The translations under genes were made by a program, and so were the position numbers. The notes below the pieces were generated by a model. It was not told where the DNA came from. It made no database searches and worked only from the letters and a program-made list of their open reading frames with translations. DNA of 64,000 nucleotides, from assembly GCA_963727625.1 (NCBI GenBank), contig CAVSHR010000005.1, positions 448,001 to 512,000 on the forward strand, in the 5' to 3' direction. Shown piece by piece: positions 43,198 to 53,675 of this stretch. How positions within the stretch are numbered: the stretch's first letter is position 1; every line of letters starts with the position of its first letter. Source of the DNA: an uncultured delta proteobacterium (GTDB taxonomy: Bacteria; Desulfobacterota; Binatia; UBA9968).

Positions 43198-44037
43198 ATG
43201 ACCTCGACGGCTTATAACGTTGTCCCCGTCCCGTCTTTCATGTACGGCACGGCTTGGAAAAAGCAGGCCACCAGCCAACTGGTGCAATTGGCGGTGGAGT
43301 CGGGCTTCAAAGCCATCGATACGGCCAACCAAATGATTCATTACGACGAAGCGCTGGTGGGCGACGCGCTGCAGGTCCTGGCGCAAAGAGGCATCGAGCG
43401 TGAAACGCTTTTTCTCCAGACGAAGTTCACGCCGGTGAGCGGCCAAGGTGGCCGCGGCCCCTACGATCCCTCGGCCGATCTCGCCATTCAAGTCGAACAA
43501 TCCTTTGGCAGCTCGTTGAGCCATCTCGGCACCGATTATCTCGACTCGTATGTCTTGCACGCGCCCTATTCGCGGCGCGGATTAAGCCAGGCCGACTGGG
43601 AAGTCTGGGGCGCCATGGAAGCCCTCTATCGATCGGGCAAAACCAAAATGATCGGCATCAGCAACATCGCCGCGGATCAGCTCGCCGAGCTTTGCGAACG
43701 GGCGCAAGTCAAACCGTTAATGGTGCAAAACCGCTGTTTCGCCGCGCTCGGGTGGGACATGGAGATCCGAGAACTTTGCCGCGCCCACGGAGTTATCTAT
43801 CAAGGGTTTTCCCTGTTAACCGCCAATCGAGAAGTGCTGCTCGATCCGGATATCCGGGCGATCGCTGGTCGTCTAAATGCCAACCCCGCGCAGGTTGTCT
43901 TCCGCTTCGCCATGCAAATCGGCATGCTGCCGCTGACCGGCACCACCAGCGAACAGCATATGAAAGAGGACTTGGAAGCCGAGAAGTTGACGCTTAGCCC
44001 GGAGGAAATCCAGCGGATTGAGACGATCGCGCTGTAG
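43198..44037 (+). CDS. Aldo/keto reductase
   Basis: YGTAWK, AIDTA, QTKF, YLDSYVLH, IGISN. Confidence 0.88.
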   Translation: MTSTAYNVVPVPSFMYGTAWKKQATSQLVQLAVESGFKAIDTANQMIHYDEALVGDALQVLAQRGIERETLFLQTKFTPVSGQGGRGPYDPSADLAIQVEQSFGSSLSHLGTDYLDSYVLHAPYSRRGLSQADWEVWGAMEALYRSGKTKMIGISNIAADQLAELCERAQVKPLMVQNRCFAALGWDMEIRELCRAHGVIYQGFSLLTANREVLLDPDIRAIAGRLNANPAQVVFRFAMQIGMLPLTGTTSEQHMKEDLEAEKLTLSPEEIQRIETIAL

Positions 44038-44266
44038 AGTGACGCTCGTTGATAGGGTTCGTAGGAATCAAAGCTTCGGCATAATGCGATTAATTCTTTC
44101 CCGGTGAATTGTCGTTTGATATCGATTACGAATGTCGTTGGCCGAAATCAATTTAACTCTGGCTCGCGGTTTTCATTTAGTCTCTCTCCCCGGGAGCTGC
44201 ATTTTACATCAGCGCGGCTTGTTGATAAAAAATTAATATTCGTCCCATTGAAGGTGAGGAAAACCT

Positions 44267-45274
44267 ATGTGGCTAAATAAAGGAATCCAAATCTTAACCG
44301 TCGGCATCGCAATTTGTTTTTCCCTGGTAGCAGCCAGAGCGGAAACTCTCGACGAGCTTTATAAGAAAGCATTGAAAGAGGGCGGAACGCTCAACTGCTA
44401 TTGTACGTTAGCTCAGATCAATGCCGCGAAGATTTTCCCGGCGTTCGAGAAGCGCTTTCCCGGCCTCAAGATCAACCATGTGGATGCGACCTCGGATCAG
44501 CTCGCCACACGCGCGATTGCCGAAGCGCGCGGCGGCAAGGTTCTGGCGGATATTTACCAGTCGATCTTGGACGGCATCGTACGCGTTCATGATCAAGGGT
44601 TGTTTCTCGATCAAGTTCCTCCACAAGCCTCGGCCTTTCCAGCGAACCTACGCGGTTCCTATTGGGTCGCGACGGATTTGATCTTCACGGTTCCGGCTTG
44701 GAATACCAATTTGGTGAAGAAGGGCGAGGAGCCGAAGCAATTCGATGATCTGGGGGCTCCGCGTTGGAATAACAAGCTCATCGGCGAACCAAGAGACTTT
44801 CAGGTTTTGATCGGCCTTACCAAGAAATTCAACGACGAGGACAAGGCGATTGCCTTGTTGACCAAGATTGCCGCCAATAATATCGAGTTTCACAAAGGCC
44901 ATTCCCAGCTCGCCGAACTGCTGGTGGCCGGCCAGGCCGCCGCATGCGTGACCTGCTATTCGCATCACTACCCTAGCCGGATCAGAAAAGGGGCGCCGGT
45001 GGGTTACATGCTTACTGAGGGCGTCGGTGATATTGACGCCACCGCAGTCTTTAAAAACGCGCCTCACCCGAGGACCGCATGGCTCTTCGCGAGTTGGTCG
45101 GCTAGCGAAGAAGGGCAAAAGGTTTATTCCATGGGCGGTAGACTTCCGGCACACCCGAAGGTTGAGCCCGTTGAAAAGACCAGACCCGCGAAGATTTACG
45201 CCGTAGGCGAACACGACGTAAAAAACTTTCCAAGATACGAAAAACTCTGGAAGGGAATTTTCAAGTTAAGATAA
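44267..45274 (+). CDS. ABC substrate-binding protein (Fe3+/polyamine-type cluster)
   Basis: Signal peptide; ALKEGG, AFEKRFPG, WNTNLV, NAPHP. Confidence 0.85.
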   Translation: MWLNKGIQILTVGIAICFSLVAARAETLDELYKKALKEGGTLNCYCTLAQINAAKIFPAFEKRFPGLKINHVDATSDQLATRAIAEARGGKVLADIYQSILDGIVRVHDQGLFLDQVPPQASAFPANLRGSYWVATDLIFTVPAWNTNLVKKGEEPKQFDDLGAPRWNNKLIGEPRDFQVLIGLTKKFNDEDKAIALLTKIAANNIEFHKGHSQLAELLVAGQAAACVTCYSHHYPSRIRKGAPVGYMLTEGVGDIDATAVFKNAPHPRTAWLFASWSASEEGQKVYSMGGRLPAHPKVEPVEKTRPAKIYAVGEHDVKNFPRYEKLWKGIFKLR

Positions 45275-45379
45275 TCGCAGGTTTTAGGACGTAGCGTTGC
45301 AGCCGCGAATCGTTAAGTTCGGGCACTGGCCTGACGCAATCGCGGCAGCTTCCCGTACACTGAAATTTCGCAGCCTAGG

Positions 45380-45628
45380 CTACTTTTTCCCCAGCGTATT
45401 TATGAAGCTGGGGTCGATCATTTCGTTCGCGGACATTGTGCCCTTTAGTCTGCCGGTCTCCATCTCCCTCTCCACGGCGACGGTGATGCCGGCGTCGAGA
45501 ATACGACCGTCGAGCGGGAAAGAAGCACGGTATTCGTCGTAGCCCGCGGCCGCCTCACCGGCGTTAAGCGCGACGCATTTTCGTAGCGCGCGAATGCCGT
45601 CGTCACGGTTCTCGCGCGCGTGCTTCAC
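45380..45628 (-). pseudogene. C-terminal remnant of an NMT1-type substrate-binding protein
   Basis: YDEYRASFPLDG...MIDPSFI resembles the tails of the SBPs at 9-11 kb; no N-terminus. Confidence 0.5.
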
Positions 45629-45891
45629 GCCGCGCTGTTTGGAGTTCGACTGGGTTTACAGTGAATCCAGACGAAAGAAAACCATCGAGCGGCAAAGCTA
45701 CACCTATTGTCCGAATCAAGGCATGGTCCGACAAGTCCAGCATAAAGCCTTGATTCACGATTCGCATCACGGCCGGTGCTTGAACGCGATGCGGACGCCG
45801 GCGCGCCCAAGAGCGCACGAATTGACTTTTCTTGTCGCCGCTGCGGTCATTCAAAATAGAATGACCGCAGTTCCGCGTGGGCTTATTCTAT

Positions 45892-46941
45892 CTATTTCTT
45901 CTTCTTGCCCGGTTTACGCACCAGGAACGACAAGCTCTCTTTCACGTCCGCCGGCATGCTGAGAATCGCATTGACCAATTTTTCAACCTTTTCACCCGGC
46001 ACGGGTGTGATCACCAGTTTGGATTTCTTTGCATCCTTGAGCAGTTCGGGATCTTTCAGAGTTTCCAGAAATGCCTTGCGGAGAATTTCCAAGCGATCTT
46101 TCGGCGTACCTGGCGGCAGCGAGAATGCCCGCTGAAAATCCATCTGAAAGGCCCAACTCTCATAGATCGCGTATTTCTTCGGGTCTTTGATCGCTTCTTT
46201 GAAGGTCGGGAGATTTTTGACCTGCGGATCTTCCCAAGTGCGCTCGTTGATGATGAAGGGAATCAGCTTGCCGTCGCCGGGCGCGTCGAGCATCGCGCGC
46301 GCCGTCACGCGCATCGATTCCCACTGGGAACAGAACGCCTGCAGTTCGTGTTTTTGCAGCGCGACACGGGTCGTCGAAGTGCCGGTGTAACCGGAGACGA
46401 CGTCGAATTTGGTGCCCAAGGTCTTGTTCATGATCAGCGGTAAATCGTAACCGGTCGATCCGGCGCGGGTGGCGCCGACTTTGAGAGGCTTCTTGTAATT
46501 CAAGACATCTTCGAGGGTTTTCAATCCGGTGAAGCCCATCACCATGCACACGGGCGCTCCGACACTGGGCGCGCCCACCCAGCCGAATTTGTTGAAATCC
46601 AAACGGATCTTGGGATCGCCCAGGGCGTGTTGCACGACGAGCGAATTGTTGAAGGTGCCGAAAGTCAGTCCGTCCGGTTCAGCACGTTTGTACAAATAAT
46701 TGGCGAGCACCAAGCCGCCCGCGCCAGTCATGTTTTCAACGACGGTCGATGGATGGCCCGGAATATGGCGGACGATATGCCTCGCGATGATGCGCGTGTA
46801 GGTATCGTAACCGCCGCCAGGCGCGCCAAAGACCATGAGGCGAACCGTCTTTCCCTGGTAAAAATCCTCGGCCGCTGCGGTTCCGTATCCGACACACAGC
46901 GCGATGAGCACTAGAAATATCCGAGCAAAAATAGTTTTCAT
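45892..46941 (-). CDS. Tripartite tricarboxylate transporter substrate-binding protein (TctC/Bug)
   Basis: FYQGKTV, PGGGYD, VENMTGAGG, PDGLT, PPGTP. Confidence 0.9.
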   Translation of the reverse strand: MKTIFARIFLVLIALCVGYGTAAAEDFYQGKTVRLMVFGAPGGGYDTYTRIIARHIVRHIPGHPSTVVENMTGAGGLVLANYLYKRAEPDGLTFGTFNNSLVVQHALGDPKIRLDFNKFGWVGAPSVGAPVCMVMGFTGLKTLEDVLNYKKPLKVGATRAGSTGYDLPLIMNKTLGTKFDVVSGYTGTSTTRVALQKHELQAFCSQWESMRVTARAMLDAPGDGKLIPFIINERTWEDPQVKNLPTFKEAIKDPKKYAIYESWAFQMDFQRAFSLPPGTPKDRLEILRKAFLETLKDPELLKDAKKSKLVITPVPGEKVEKLVNAILSMPADVKESLSFLVRKPGKKKK

Positions 46942-47430
46942 AAAAGCCTCCTCCTCTTTAGCGAATCGTTATTCACGTTTTACGGTTACGGTGTTCTTAA
47001 GAATTCCTTAGGGTCGTGCGCCCCTTGAGTCAAGGCGGTTGGCAAAATTTATTTTCTACGCTTCGCACCGGCATAACGGAATCAAGAAACGTGGATAGGC
47101 GCCAAACCGTGACAGAGGTGAGGCTGTCCGTGCAAGCAAAGGAGCGGAAGCTTCGCCGGATTCCGAGGTAAACAAGCTTTACACGGATCCGGCTAGTTAA
47201 GCGCTTCATTTTTTAGGCTGATATCAAGTTGGCAGAAGAAATTCTTACGCGATAGCAGGACGCGATTTCGACTCCACTGTATATTTTATTCACACGATAT
47301 TTTGATTTTGCCCTTGAGTGTGCGCAATCTTTACATCATGCAAATTTGCCATCGCAACCGGCGGCCGCCGGTGCCGGATAAGCGTGGGTTTTCCTTTAAT
47401 ATCCGGCTTTTTGGTTGATCGGTTTCTTGT

Positions 47431-47446
47431 TGGCATCCTCCTTGCG
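47431..47446 (+). promoter_or_regulatory. Sigma-54 (-24/-12) promoter candidate for the ABC operon
   Basis: TGGCATCCTCCTTGCG matches TGGCA-N6-TTGC; about 185 bp upstream of the SBP start. Confidence 0.65.
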
Positions 47447-47629
47447 CAGCGGAGATTTGGGAGTTCGTCCACCATTCCGTCACGAACTCTCCTCGCGCTT
47501 ATGCGCGCTCGTCGGTGTGCCGCCGAAGAGAGAAAAATATCAGTTTTTTTGTAGTTGGCGACGGGTTTCGTGTCGAAATCGCCGCATAATTTATGTTCGC
47601 AAAATAATTTTGTACCGGGAGGTGAAATC

Positions 47630-48700
47630 ATGAAGCGTTCGTTAGTCTCCAGCGGACTGTTCCTCTGCTTTTTTGCGGCCTTTTCATTTTCTATAGTCCA
47701 TGCCGCGAACGTACCAAATTGGTGGATCGGCCCAAAGGGCGAATATGAGAAACTGGTCGAAGGGGCAAAAAAAGAGGGGCACCTGGTCCTCTGGTCTCAC
47801 CCAGATCCTTCCTGCACACCGTTGATCGCCGGGCCGTTTGAAAAGGACTACGGCGTTAAGGTTGAGCACACCGAATACACCACGGCGCAAATCGTCCAGC
47901 GGATTCTGCTCGAAGGAGTCGCCGGGATGTATACGGTCGACGTCGGAAACCTCAGCGTTCACCATGTGCCGCGTTTGGAGCAAAAGGGGCTTTTACAGAA
48001 GTTGAACTATCGAGAGAACGTAACCACATACAGAGAAGTGCCCAAAATGGTCAGCCCGCACAGCACGGCGTTCATCGGTTGGACCAGCCCGCGCGGCCTC
48101 GCATATAACACTGCCAAAATTCCGAAAGACAAAGTGCCCAACAGTTATGACGAGGTACTAAATCCGATGTTCGCGAACCGCAAGATTTCTGTGGACACGG
48201 ATCTAAAAGAGTACATCATCCTGGCGCACCAGTGGGGCATGGAAAAAACTAAACAGTTCGTCAAAAAGCTTGGGGAGATGAAGCCCAAATTCCACCCCAA
48301 TAATACCGTCATCACCCAAATGGTTGCCGCCGGAGAGACGCTCATCGCCCCCGGTGTCATTCGTCGCATTCCTCTATACGAATTCAAGAATAAAGGGGCA
48401 CCGATCGATTGGAAACCGCTCAAACCTCTTGTGCCGGTGGACACCTTGTTAATGGGCGTAATGTCTCACGCGCCCCATCCTAACGCGGCCGCTTTGTGGG
48501 CCTATTGGGTCATGGGAGCGCCCGACTATCTCAAGGGCATGGATAAGTGCGGCGGTTACGGCAATGTGGAGGTTCCCGGCACCCCCTTCCATGACAAATT
48601 TAAAGGCTGGAACTTGGAGGTCTTCGATTGGAATTGGGGCGTGCGCGCCGCCAAGGAACATATGGGCGAAGAGTTTCGAAAAATAATCGGCCTTGAATAG
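47630..48700 (+). CDS. ABC transporter substrate-binding protein (FbpA/AfuA-like)
   Basis: GGAGGTG RBS; signal peptide; GAKKEG, AYNT, APHPNAA. Confidence 0.87.
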   Translation: MKRSLVSSGLFLCFFAAFSFSIVHAANVPNWWIGPKGEYEKLVEGAKKEGHLVLWSHPDPSCTPLIAGPFEKDYGVKVEHTEYTTAQIVQRILLEGVAGMYTVDVGNLSVHHVPRLEQKGLLQKLNYRENVTTYREVPKMVSPHSTAFIGWTSPRGLAYNTAKIPKDKVPNSYDEVLNPMFANRKISVDTDLKEYIILAHQWGMEKTKQFVKKLGEMKPKFHPNNTVITQMVAAGETLIAPGVIRRIPLYEFKNKGAPIDWKPLKPLVPVDTLLMGVMSHAPHPNAAALWAYWVMGAPDYLKGMDKCGGYGNVEVPGTPFHDKFKGWNLEVFDWNWGVRAAKEHMGEEFRKIIGLE

Positions 48701-48726
48701 ATTTCGCGGTCGTTAGAGAGCAGATT

Positions 48727-50499
48727 ATGGCTACTGCCGCTCAGGTAGAGCAGTACCAACCCGTTGGTAGAACCCGGGCGAACCTCAGCCAGTGGTTCAA
48801 TGTTCGCATGCTCGTTTTCTGCAGCATCGTCGGATTACTGGCCTATTTAACGTTCGGCCCCTTGCTGTTCTTGTTGTGGGATAGTGTCCATCCAGGCTGG
48901 GAGATCGGCGACCAAGTCGCTTTGACATTCGGTAGTTACGTCAACGTCTTCACCGATCGCCATTTCATGGAAATGATCTGGAACACGACGGTCTTCGGCG
49001 TCAGCGCCACCGCCGTCGCGGTGGGACTCGGCACATTGTTCGCCTGGTTAGTCGAGCGCACCAACATGCCGTTTCGCAACGTCACGTACGCATTACTTTT
49101 CGCCCCAGTCGCGATTCCGGGCCTGGTATTCGCGATTTCTTATATCTTGCTCTTGAGCCCCGACATCGGCGTCATCAATAAAGTGTTGATGGATTTGTTC
49201 GGTTTCAAAGACGCACCGCTGAACATTTATTCGATGACCGGGCTGATTTTCATTGAGGGAATTCGCCTGACGCCGGGGAGTTTTCTCATGATGGCAGCTG
49301 TGCTCAAAAGCATGGATCCGTCCCTCGAAGAGGCAGCATACACCACCGGAGCAGGAATCGTTCGCACCTCGCGGTTGATCACCGCACCGCTCATGCTACC
49401 AGGAATCTTGGCAGCCTGTATTTACTATTTCATCACGGTTATCGAGTCGTTCGAAGTACCGGCGATCGTCGCATTGCCGATCGGCATGCAGCTGCTCACC
49501 ACGAAAATCTTTTTCGCCACCAATGCGACGACGCGGATGCCTCAATACAGCGTGGCCGCGGCAGTTTCGATCATTTTCGTCGCCTTGAGCATCGTCCTGA
49601 TCTACCTTTATTCACGGGCAACCAAACACTCCGAGCGTTTTACCACCATCACCGGCAAAGCCTATCGTCCCCGCTTGATCGATTTGGGCAACTGGCGCTA
49701 CGCAGCCCTCGGTGTAACAGCTCTGTTTTTCGCCTTCTCAGTGATTTTTCCGCTGTTGGTGTTAATCTGGGGCAGTCTCTTGCCTTACATGCAGGCACCG
49801 TCGTTCGCCGCGCTGGCGAACGCGTCCTTTGAAAGCTATCGAGATTTGGGACGCATTCCGCAATTCGGTCTCGCGCTGAAGAACACCGTCTACGTCACAT
49901 TAGCCGTTGCCACCGTCACAATGCTGATTTCGTCTCTCGCGGCGTGGTTTGTCGTGCGCGGCAAGATCCGCGGCGGCCGGCAGCTCGACCTGCTGACGTT
50001 CCTACCCCACGCGATTCCAAGCATCGTGGTTGCTGTCGGGCTGATCATTTTTTATCTGCGCGTCAACTGGTTGATCCCGGTTTACGGAACGCTGTGGATC
50101 ATCATCATCGGCTTGGTCACGAAACGAGTCAGTTACGGCAGCCGGATCATGATCGGCGCCATGTTCCAACTGCACAAAGAGCTCGAAGAAGCTTCAGAAG
50201 TCTGCGGAGTCGGCTGGCTGAAGACTTTTTGTCTGATCACACTGCGCCTCATGATACCTGCGTTCGTCAACGGCTGGCTCTACATAGCAATGCTCAGCAT
50301 CGCGTTATTTACGATACCAGTCATGCTTTATACGCCCAAGAGTCTGGTCTTCTCCGTCTTGATTTGGAATCTCTGGGAGCAGGCCAAAGTCCAGGACGCC
50401 TGTGTCGTCGGCGTCATCATGGTGACGATCACCTTTACCCTGGTGTTTCTCGGACAATATTTTGCCTCCAAGGCGAAGGTGCGGGAAACCCTGAGTTAA
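48727..50499 (+). CDS. ABC transporter permease (FbpB-like, duplicated)
   Basis: ERTNMP; two EAA loops (DPSLEEAA, ELEEAS). Confidence 0.9.
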   Translation: MATAAQVEQYQPVGRTRANLSQWFNVRMLVFCSIVGLLAYLTFGPLLFLLWDSVHPGWEIGDQVALTFGSYVNVFTDRHFMEMIWNTTVFGVSATAVAVGLGTLFAWLVERTNMPFRNVTYALLFAPVAIPGLVFAISYILLLSPDIGVINKVLMDLFGFKDAPLNIYSMTGLIFIEGIRLTPGSFLMMAAVLKSMDPSLEEAAYTTGAGIVRTSRLITAPLMLPGILAACIYYFITVIESFEVPAIVALPIGMQLLTTKIFFATNATTRMPQYSVAAAVSIIFVALSIVLIYLYSRATKHSERFTTITGKAYRPRLIDLGNWRYAALGVTALFFAFSVIFPLLVLIWGSLLPYMQAPSFAALANASFESYRDLGRIPQFGLALKNTVYVTLAVATVTMLISSLAAWFVVRGKIRGGRQLDLLTFLPHAIPSIVVAVGLIIFYLRVNWLIPVYGTLWIIIIGLVTKRVSYGSRIMIGAMFQLHKELEEASEVCGVGWLKTFCLITLRLMIPAFVNGWLYIAMLSIALFTIPVMLYTPKSLVFSVLIWNLWEQAKVQDACVVGVIMVTITFTLVFLGQYFASKAKVRETLS

Positions 50500-50515
50500 A
50501 AATCGAGGCATCGCA

Positions 50516-51616
50516 ATGCTATTATCCGTTGATAAACTCGTAAAGAGCTATGGTGGCGACGTCCCCGCAGTCAAGGGCATCAGTTTCAACGTCGGCGAAG
50601 GAGAGTTTTATACCCTCCTGGGTCCAAGCGGCTGCGGCAAGACCACCACGTTGCGCTGCGTTGCTGGCCTGGAAAAACCGAACGGAGGGCAAATCTCCAT
50701 CGCCGAGAATATCGTTTTTTCCAGTGAGCAGAATATCTTGCTCCCCAGCCACAAGCGCGACATTGGCATGGTTTTCCAATCCTACGCCATCTGGCCGCAT
50801 ATGACGGTGTTCGACAACGTCGCCTTTCCGCTCAAACACAGCAAGCGCAAGGTACCTAAGCATCAGCTGCGTGACAAGGTAATGAAGGCGCTGAATCTGG
50901 TTCAGCTCGAAAACTTCGCCGATCGGCCGGCGCCGTTTTTGAGCGGCGGACAGCAGCAGCGTGTCGCGCTCGCCCGAGCGTTGGTCTACGAACCAAAGGT
51001 GCTTTTGCTCGATGAGCCGCTTAGCAACCTGGACGCCAAGCTGCGCGAAGAGATGCGCGTGGAATTAAAGCAGCTGGTCAGCCGCCTGAGCATTACCACT
51101 CTCTACGTGACCCACGATCAAGCCGAAGCCCTGGCATTGTCGGACCGGGTCGCGGTGATGAACCTAGGCAGGATTATCCAGGAAGGCACGCCGCGGCAAA
51201 TTTATCTCGAGCCGAAAGACGCATTCACCGCCAACTTCATCGGCCGGACCAATATTTTCAACGGCAGCGTCGTTACCGAATCGGCCCAGGACGGCGTCGG
51301 CGTGGTGGAGCTTGCCACCGGCCGGCTCGCCTGCTCGCTGCCTCAGGGATTGAAGCCCAAGGACAATGTTCAGCTTTTAATCCGACCGGAAGGCATAGAA
51401 ATTTTGGAGTCCAAGCCTGAGGCGAGCAACAACGTCATCGGCGGCGAAATTCTGTTGGCGACTTTCCAAGGCGATTCGGTGGAATACCATATCCGCGTCG
51501 GCGAACAGGAATGTCGAGTCAAAGGCGACGGACTAAAAGAGTTTGCCAAAACCCGCCAGGTGTTTCTCCATTTGCCGCCCGAGCGGTGCCTGGTCATTGA
51601 AAAACAAAGCGATTAA
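50516..51616 (+). CDS. ABC transporter ATP-binding protein (FbpC/PotA-like)
   Basis: GPSGCGKTT, LSGGQQQR, LLLDEP, TOBE-like tail. Confidence 0.93.
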   Translation: MLLSVDKLVKSYGGDVPAVKGISFNVGEGEFYTLLGPSGCGKTTTLRCVAGLEKPNGGQISIAENIVFSSEQNILLPSHKRDIGMVFQSYAIWPHMTVFDNVAFPLKHSKRKVPKHQLRDKVMKALNLVQLENFADRPAPFLSGGQQQRVALARALVYEPKVLLLDEPLSNLDAKLREEMRVELKQLVSRLSITTLYVTHDQAEALALSDRVAVMNLGRIIQEGTPRQIYLEPKDAFTANFIGRTNIFNGSVVTESAQDGVGVVELATGRLACSLPQGLKPKDNVQLLIRPEGIEILESKPEASNNVIGGEILLATFQGDSVEYHIRVGEQECRVKGDGLKEFAKTRQVFLHLPPERCLVIEKQSD

Positions 51617-51648
51617 AACGGCGATTACATCTTAGGAGGTATCCGATA

Positions 51649-52068
51649 ATGAGTTTCTTGATGTCGATAGTTACAAGCATCGTGTTTATACTTTGTCTAT
51701 TCAGTGGAAAACCCGCGGCGGCGCAAAATGTCAAAGAGACCACCTATGTCAAACGAGCTGGGCCCACGATCGTGGTCCGGACGATTGGGCCGGTCGAGGT
51801 GGTTAAAGTCGACCCTTATATCGACATGAAGAAGGGCAAAAAAACCGGCAGGCTCAATTTGCAGGTTGTCATTAAAAATACCGCGCGCGAGCCGCACACC
51901 TATCAACTTTTCGGTCAGGGCAGGACCGACACCGGCGGCTGGCTCGGAGGCTCAACGAAAGCACCGGGCAAAGGACGGCTGGATCCGGGTAAGGAGGCGA
52001 CGGCGAAGGTTCAAACCAGATTCGTAGGGAAGTCGGTCCCCAACGAAATCAGACTCGACGTATTCTAA
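51649..52068 (+). CDS. Hypothetical exported protein
   Basis: AGGAGGT RBS; signal peptide ending AAA; beta-rich and basic. Confidence 0.7.
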   Translation: MSFLMSIVTSIVFILCLFSGKPAAAQNVKETTYVKRAGPTIVVRTIGPVEVVKVDPYIDMKKGKKTGRLNLQVVIKNTAREPHTYQLFGQGRTDTGGWLGGSTKAPGKGRLDPGKEATAKVQTRFVGKSVPNEIRLDVF

Positions 52069-52484
52069 TCGAATAAACTCGTTCGACCTATTCTTGCAAA
52101 CTGCGGCGGCGGCGCACGATTCGGCGATCCGGAGCACGATGGCCGAGCGCGCGCGCCGTCAACTTTTCAAGTCTGAAAATTTCTTGCATCGAACGGTCAA
52201 TTCTTCTTAAGACATCCCTCTTAACACGACGCGTGATCGCCGTCGCTTAAGCAAAAACCAGCGCGCCGTTTTTATTCGCGGATCAAAGCTCTGCCTTTCG
52301 TCGAAGCGGGCATGTTGTGCGGTCCGATTTTGACCTCGATCATGCCGTTGCCCGCCGTCACCACGGCTTACGCACCAAATTTGCCGGCGAGTTCTTCTTG
52401 CCGAATCGCTCGCACAGGTGTAGGTTTTAGGCTGCTTTGGCGCCGGCAACGGCAAATCGGCGCAGTTTTTAATGGGAGGTAAAA

Positions 52485-53603
52485 ATGGCGATCGGACTAT
52501 CCCACGGCGGAACCAATGTTTATTCGGCACGTGAGCGATCACGCCAGCTTTGGGTGGCAACTCAAGACGGCATTGTGCTCTTTGAGCGCGGCGTTAATGA
52601 CGAGTGGCGCGAAGCTCAGCGCGCCCTGCGCGGCCAGCATATCAGCGCAATAATATTCGAGCCCACCACCGGGACGATGTTCGCGGGAGCCTTCTTCGGC
52701 TCCGTTCATGCGAGCAGCGACGGCGGCAAAACCTGGGAGCGCCGCGACAACGGCATCACGATTCACGATGTCTACAGTCTCGCTTCGAAGGCCGTCGACG
52801 GCAAAGTCCGGGTCTACGCCGGCACTCAACCGGCGCACTTGTTCGTCAGCGAGGATCTAGGGCTTCACTGGAGTGAAATCCCCTCGCTTCGCTCCGTGCC
52901 CTCGGCGGCGCAATGGTCCTTCCCTGCGCCTCCTCATATTGCGCACACAAAATTCATCACCTTCGATCCGCACGATTCCAAAACCATCTATGCCTGCGTC
53001 GAACAGGGCGCATTTTTAAAAAGCACCGACGAAGGCAAAACTTGGACCGAGTTGAATACCGTCGGACTGCTTGCCGACAAAAATCGCCCCGTGGAGCATT
53101 TTTATGACGTGCATCGCTGCTTGATCGATCCACGCGATCCAAAGAACATTTACGTCACCGGCGGCGCGGGGCTCTATGTCACCCGCACCGGCGGCGGCAG
53201 TTGGGAGCGCTGGACCAGCTCCGACTGGGCGGCGGACGTTTATCCCGACGGCTTCGTATGGAATCCGCAGAACCCCGATCTTATGTTTGTCTCCGCCGCG
53301 GAGCACAATCCGCAAACCTGGCGCAAAGCGGGACCGGCGGCCCGCGCCGGAGGTAAAATCTATCGCAGCCAGGACGGCGGCAAAAACTGGCAGCACCTCG
53401 GCGGCGGACTGCCTGAAAGTTTGAAGCATGAGTTCGGCGCGCTCTGCCTCGAAGAGTCAAACGGCACCTGCTCGATTTTCGGCGGCACCACCGGCGGGGA
53501 AGTTTTCTGCAGCGAAGATAATGGCGAGAGCTGGACGCTCATCACAGCCGAGCTGGCACCGATTTCGAAGAAGGGGCACGAGAGGTTGCTGGCGGCGAGC
53601 TAG
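52485..53603 (+). CDS. BNR/Asp-box beta-propeller (Ycf48-like)
   Basis: SSDGGKTW, STDEGKTW, SQDGGKNW, SEDNGESW; WSFPAPPHIAH. Confidence 0.85.
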   Translation: MAIGLSHGGTNVYSARERSRQLWVATQDGIVLFERGVNDEWREAQRALRGQHISAIIFEPTTGTMFAGAFFGSVHASSDGGKTWERRDNGITIHDVYSLASKAVDGKVRVYAGTQPAHLFVSEDLGLHWSEIPSLRSVPSAAQWSFPAPPHIAHTKFITFDPHDSKTIYACVEQGAFLKSTDEGKTWTELNTVGLLADKNRPVEHFYDVHRCLIDPRDPKNIYVTGGAGLYVTRTGGGSWERWTSSDWAADVYPDGFVWNPQNPDLMFVSAAEHNPQTWRKAGPAARAGGKIYRSQDGGKNWQHLGGGLPESLKHEFGALCLEESNGTCSIFGGTTGGEVFCSEDNGESWTLITAELAPISKKGHERLLAAS

Positions 53604-53675
53604 GTGATCGGGGAAGAAGCAATTTGGCGATCGGCACAACCTATTACCTGGGTATTCCTGGAATAATCAGCGACG

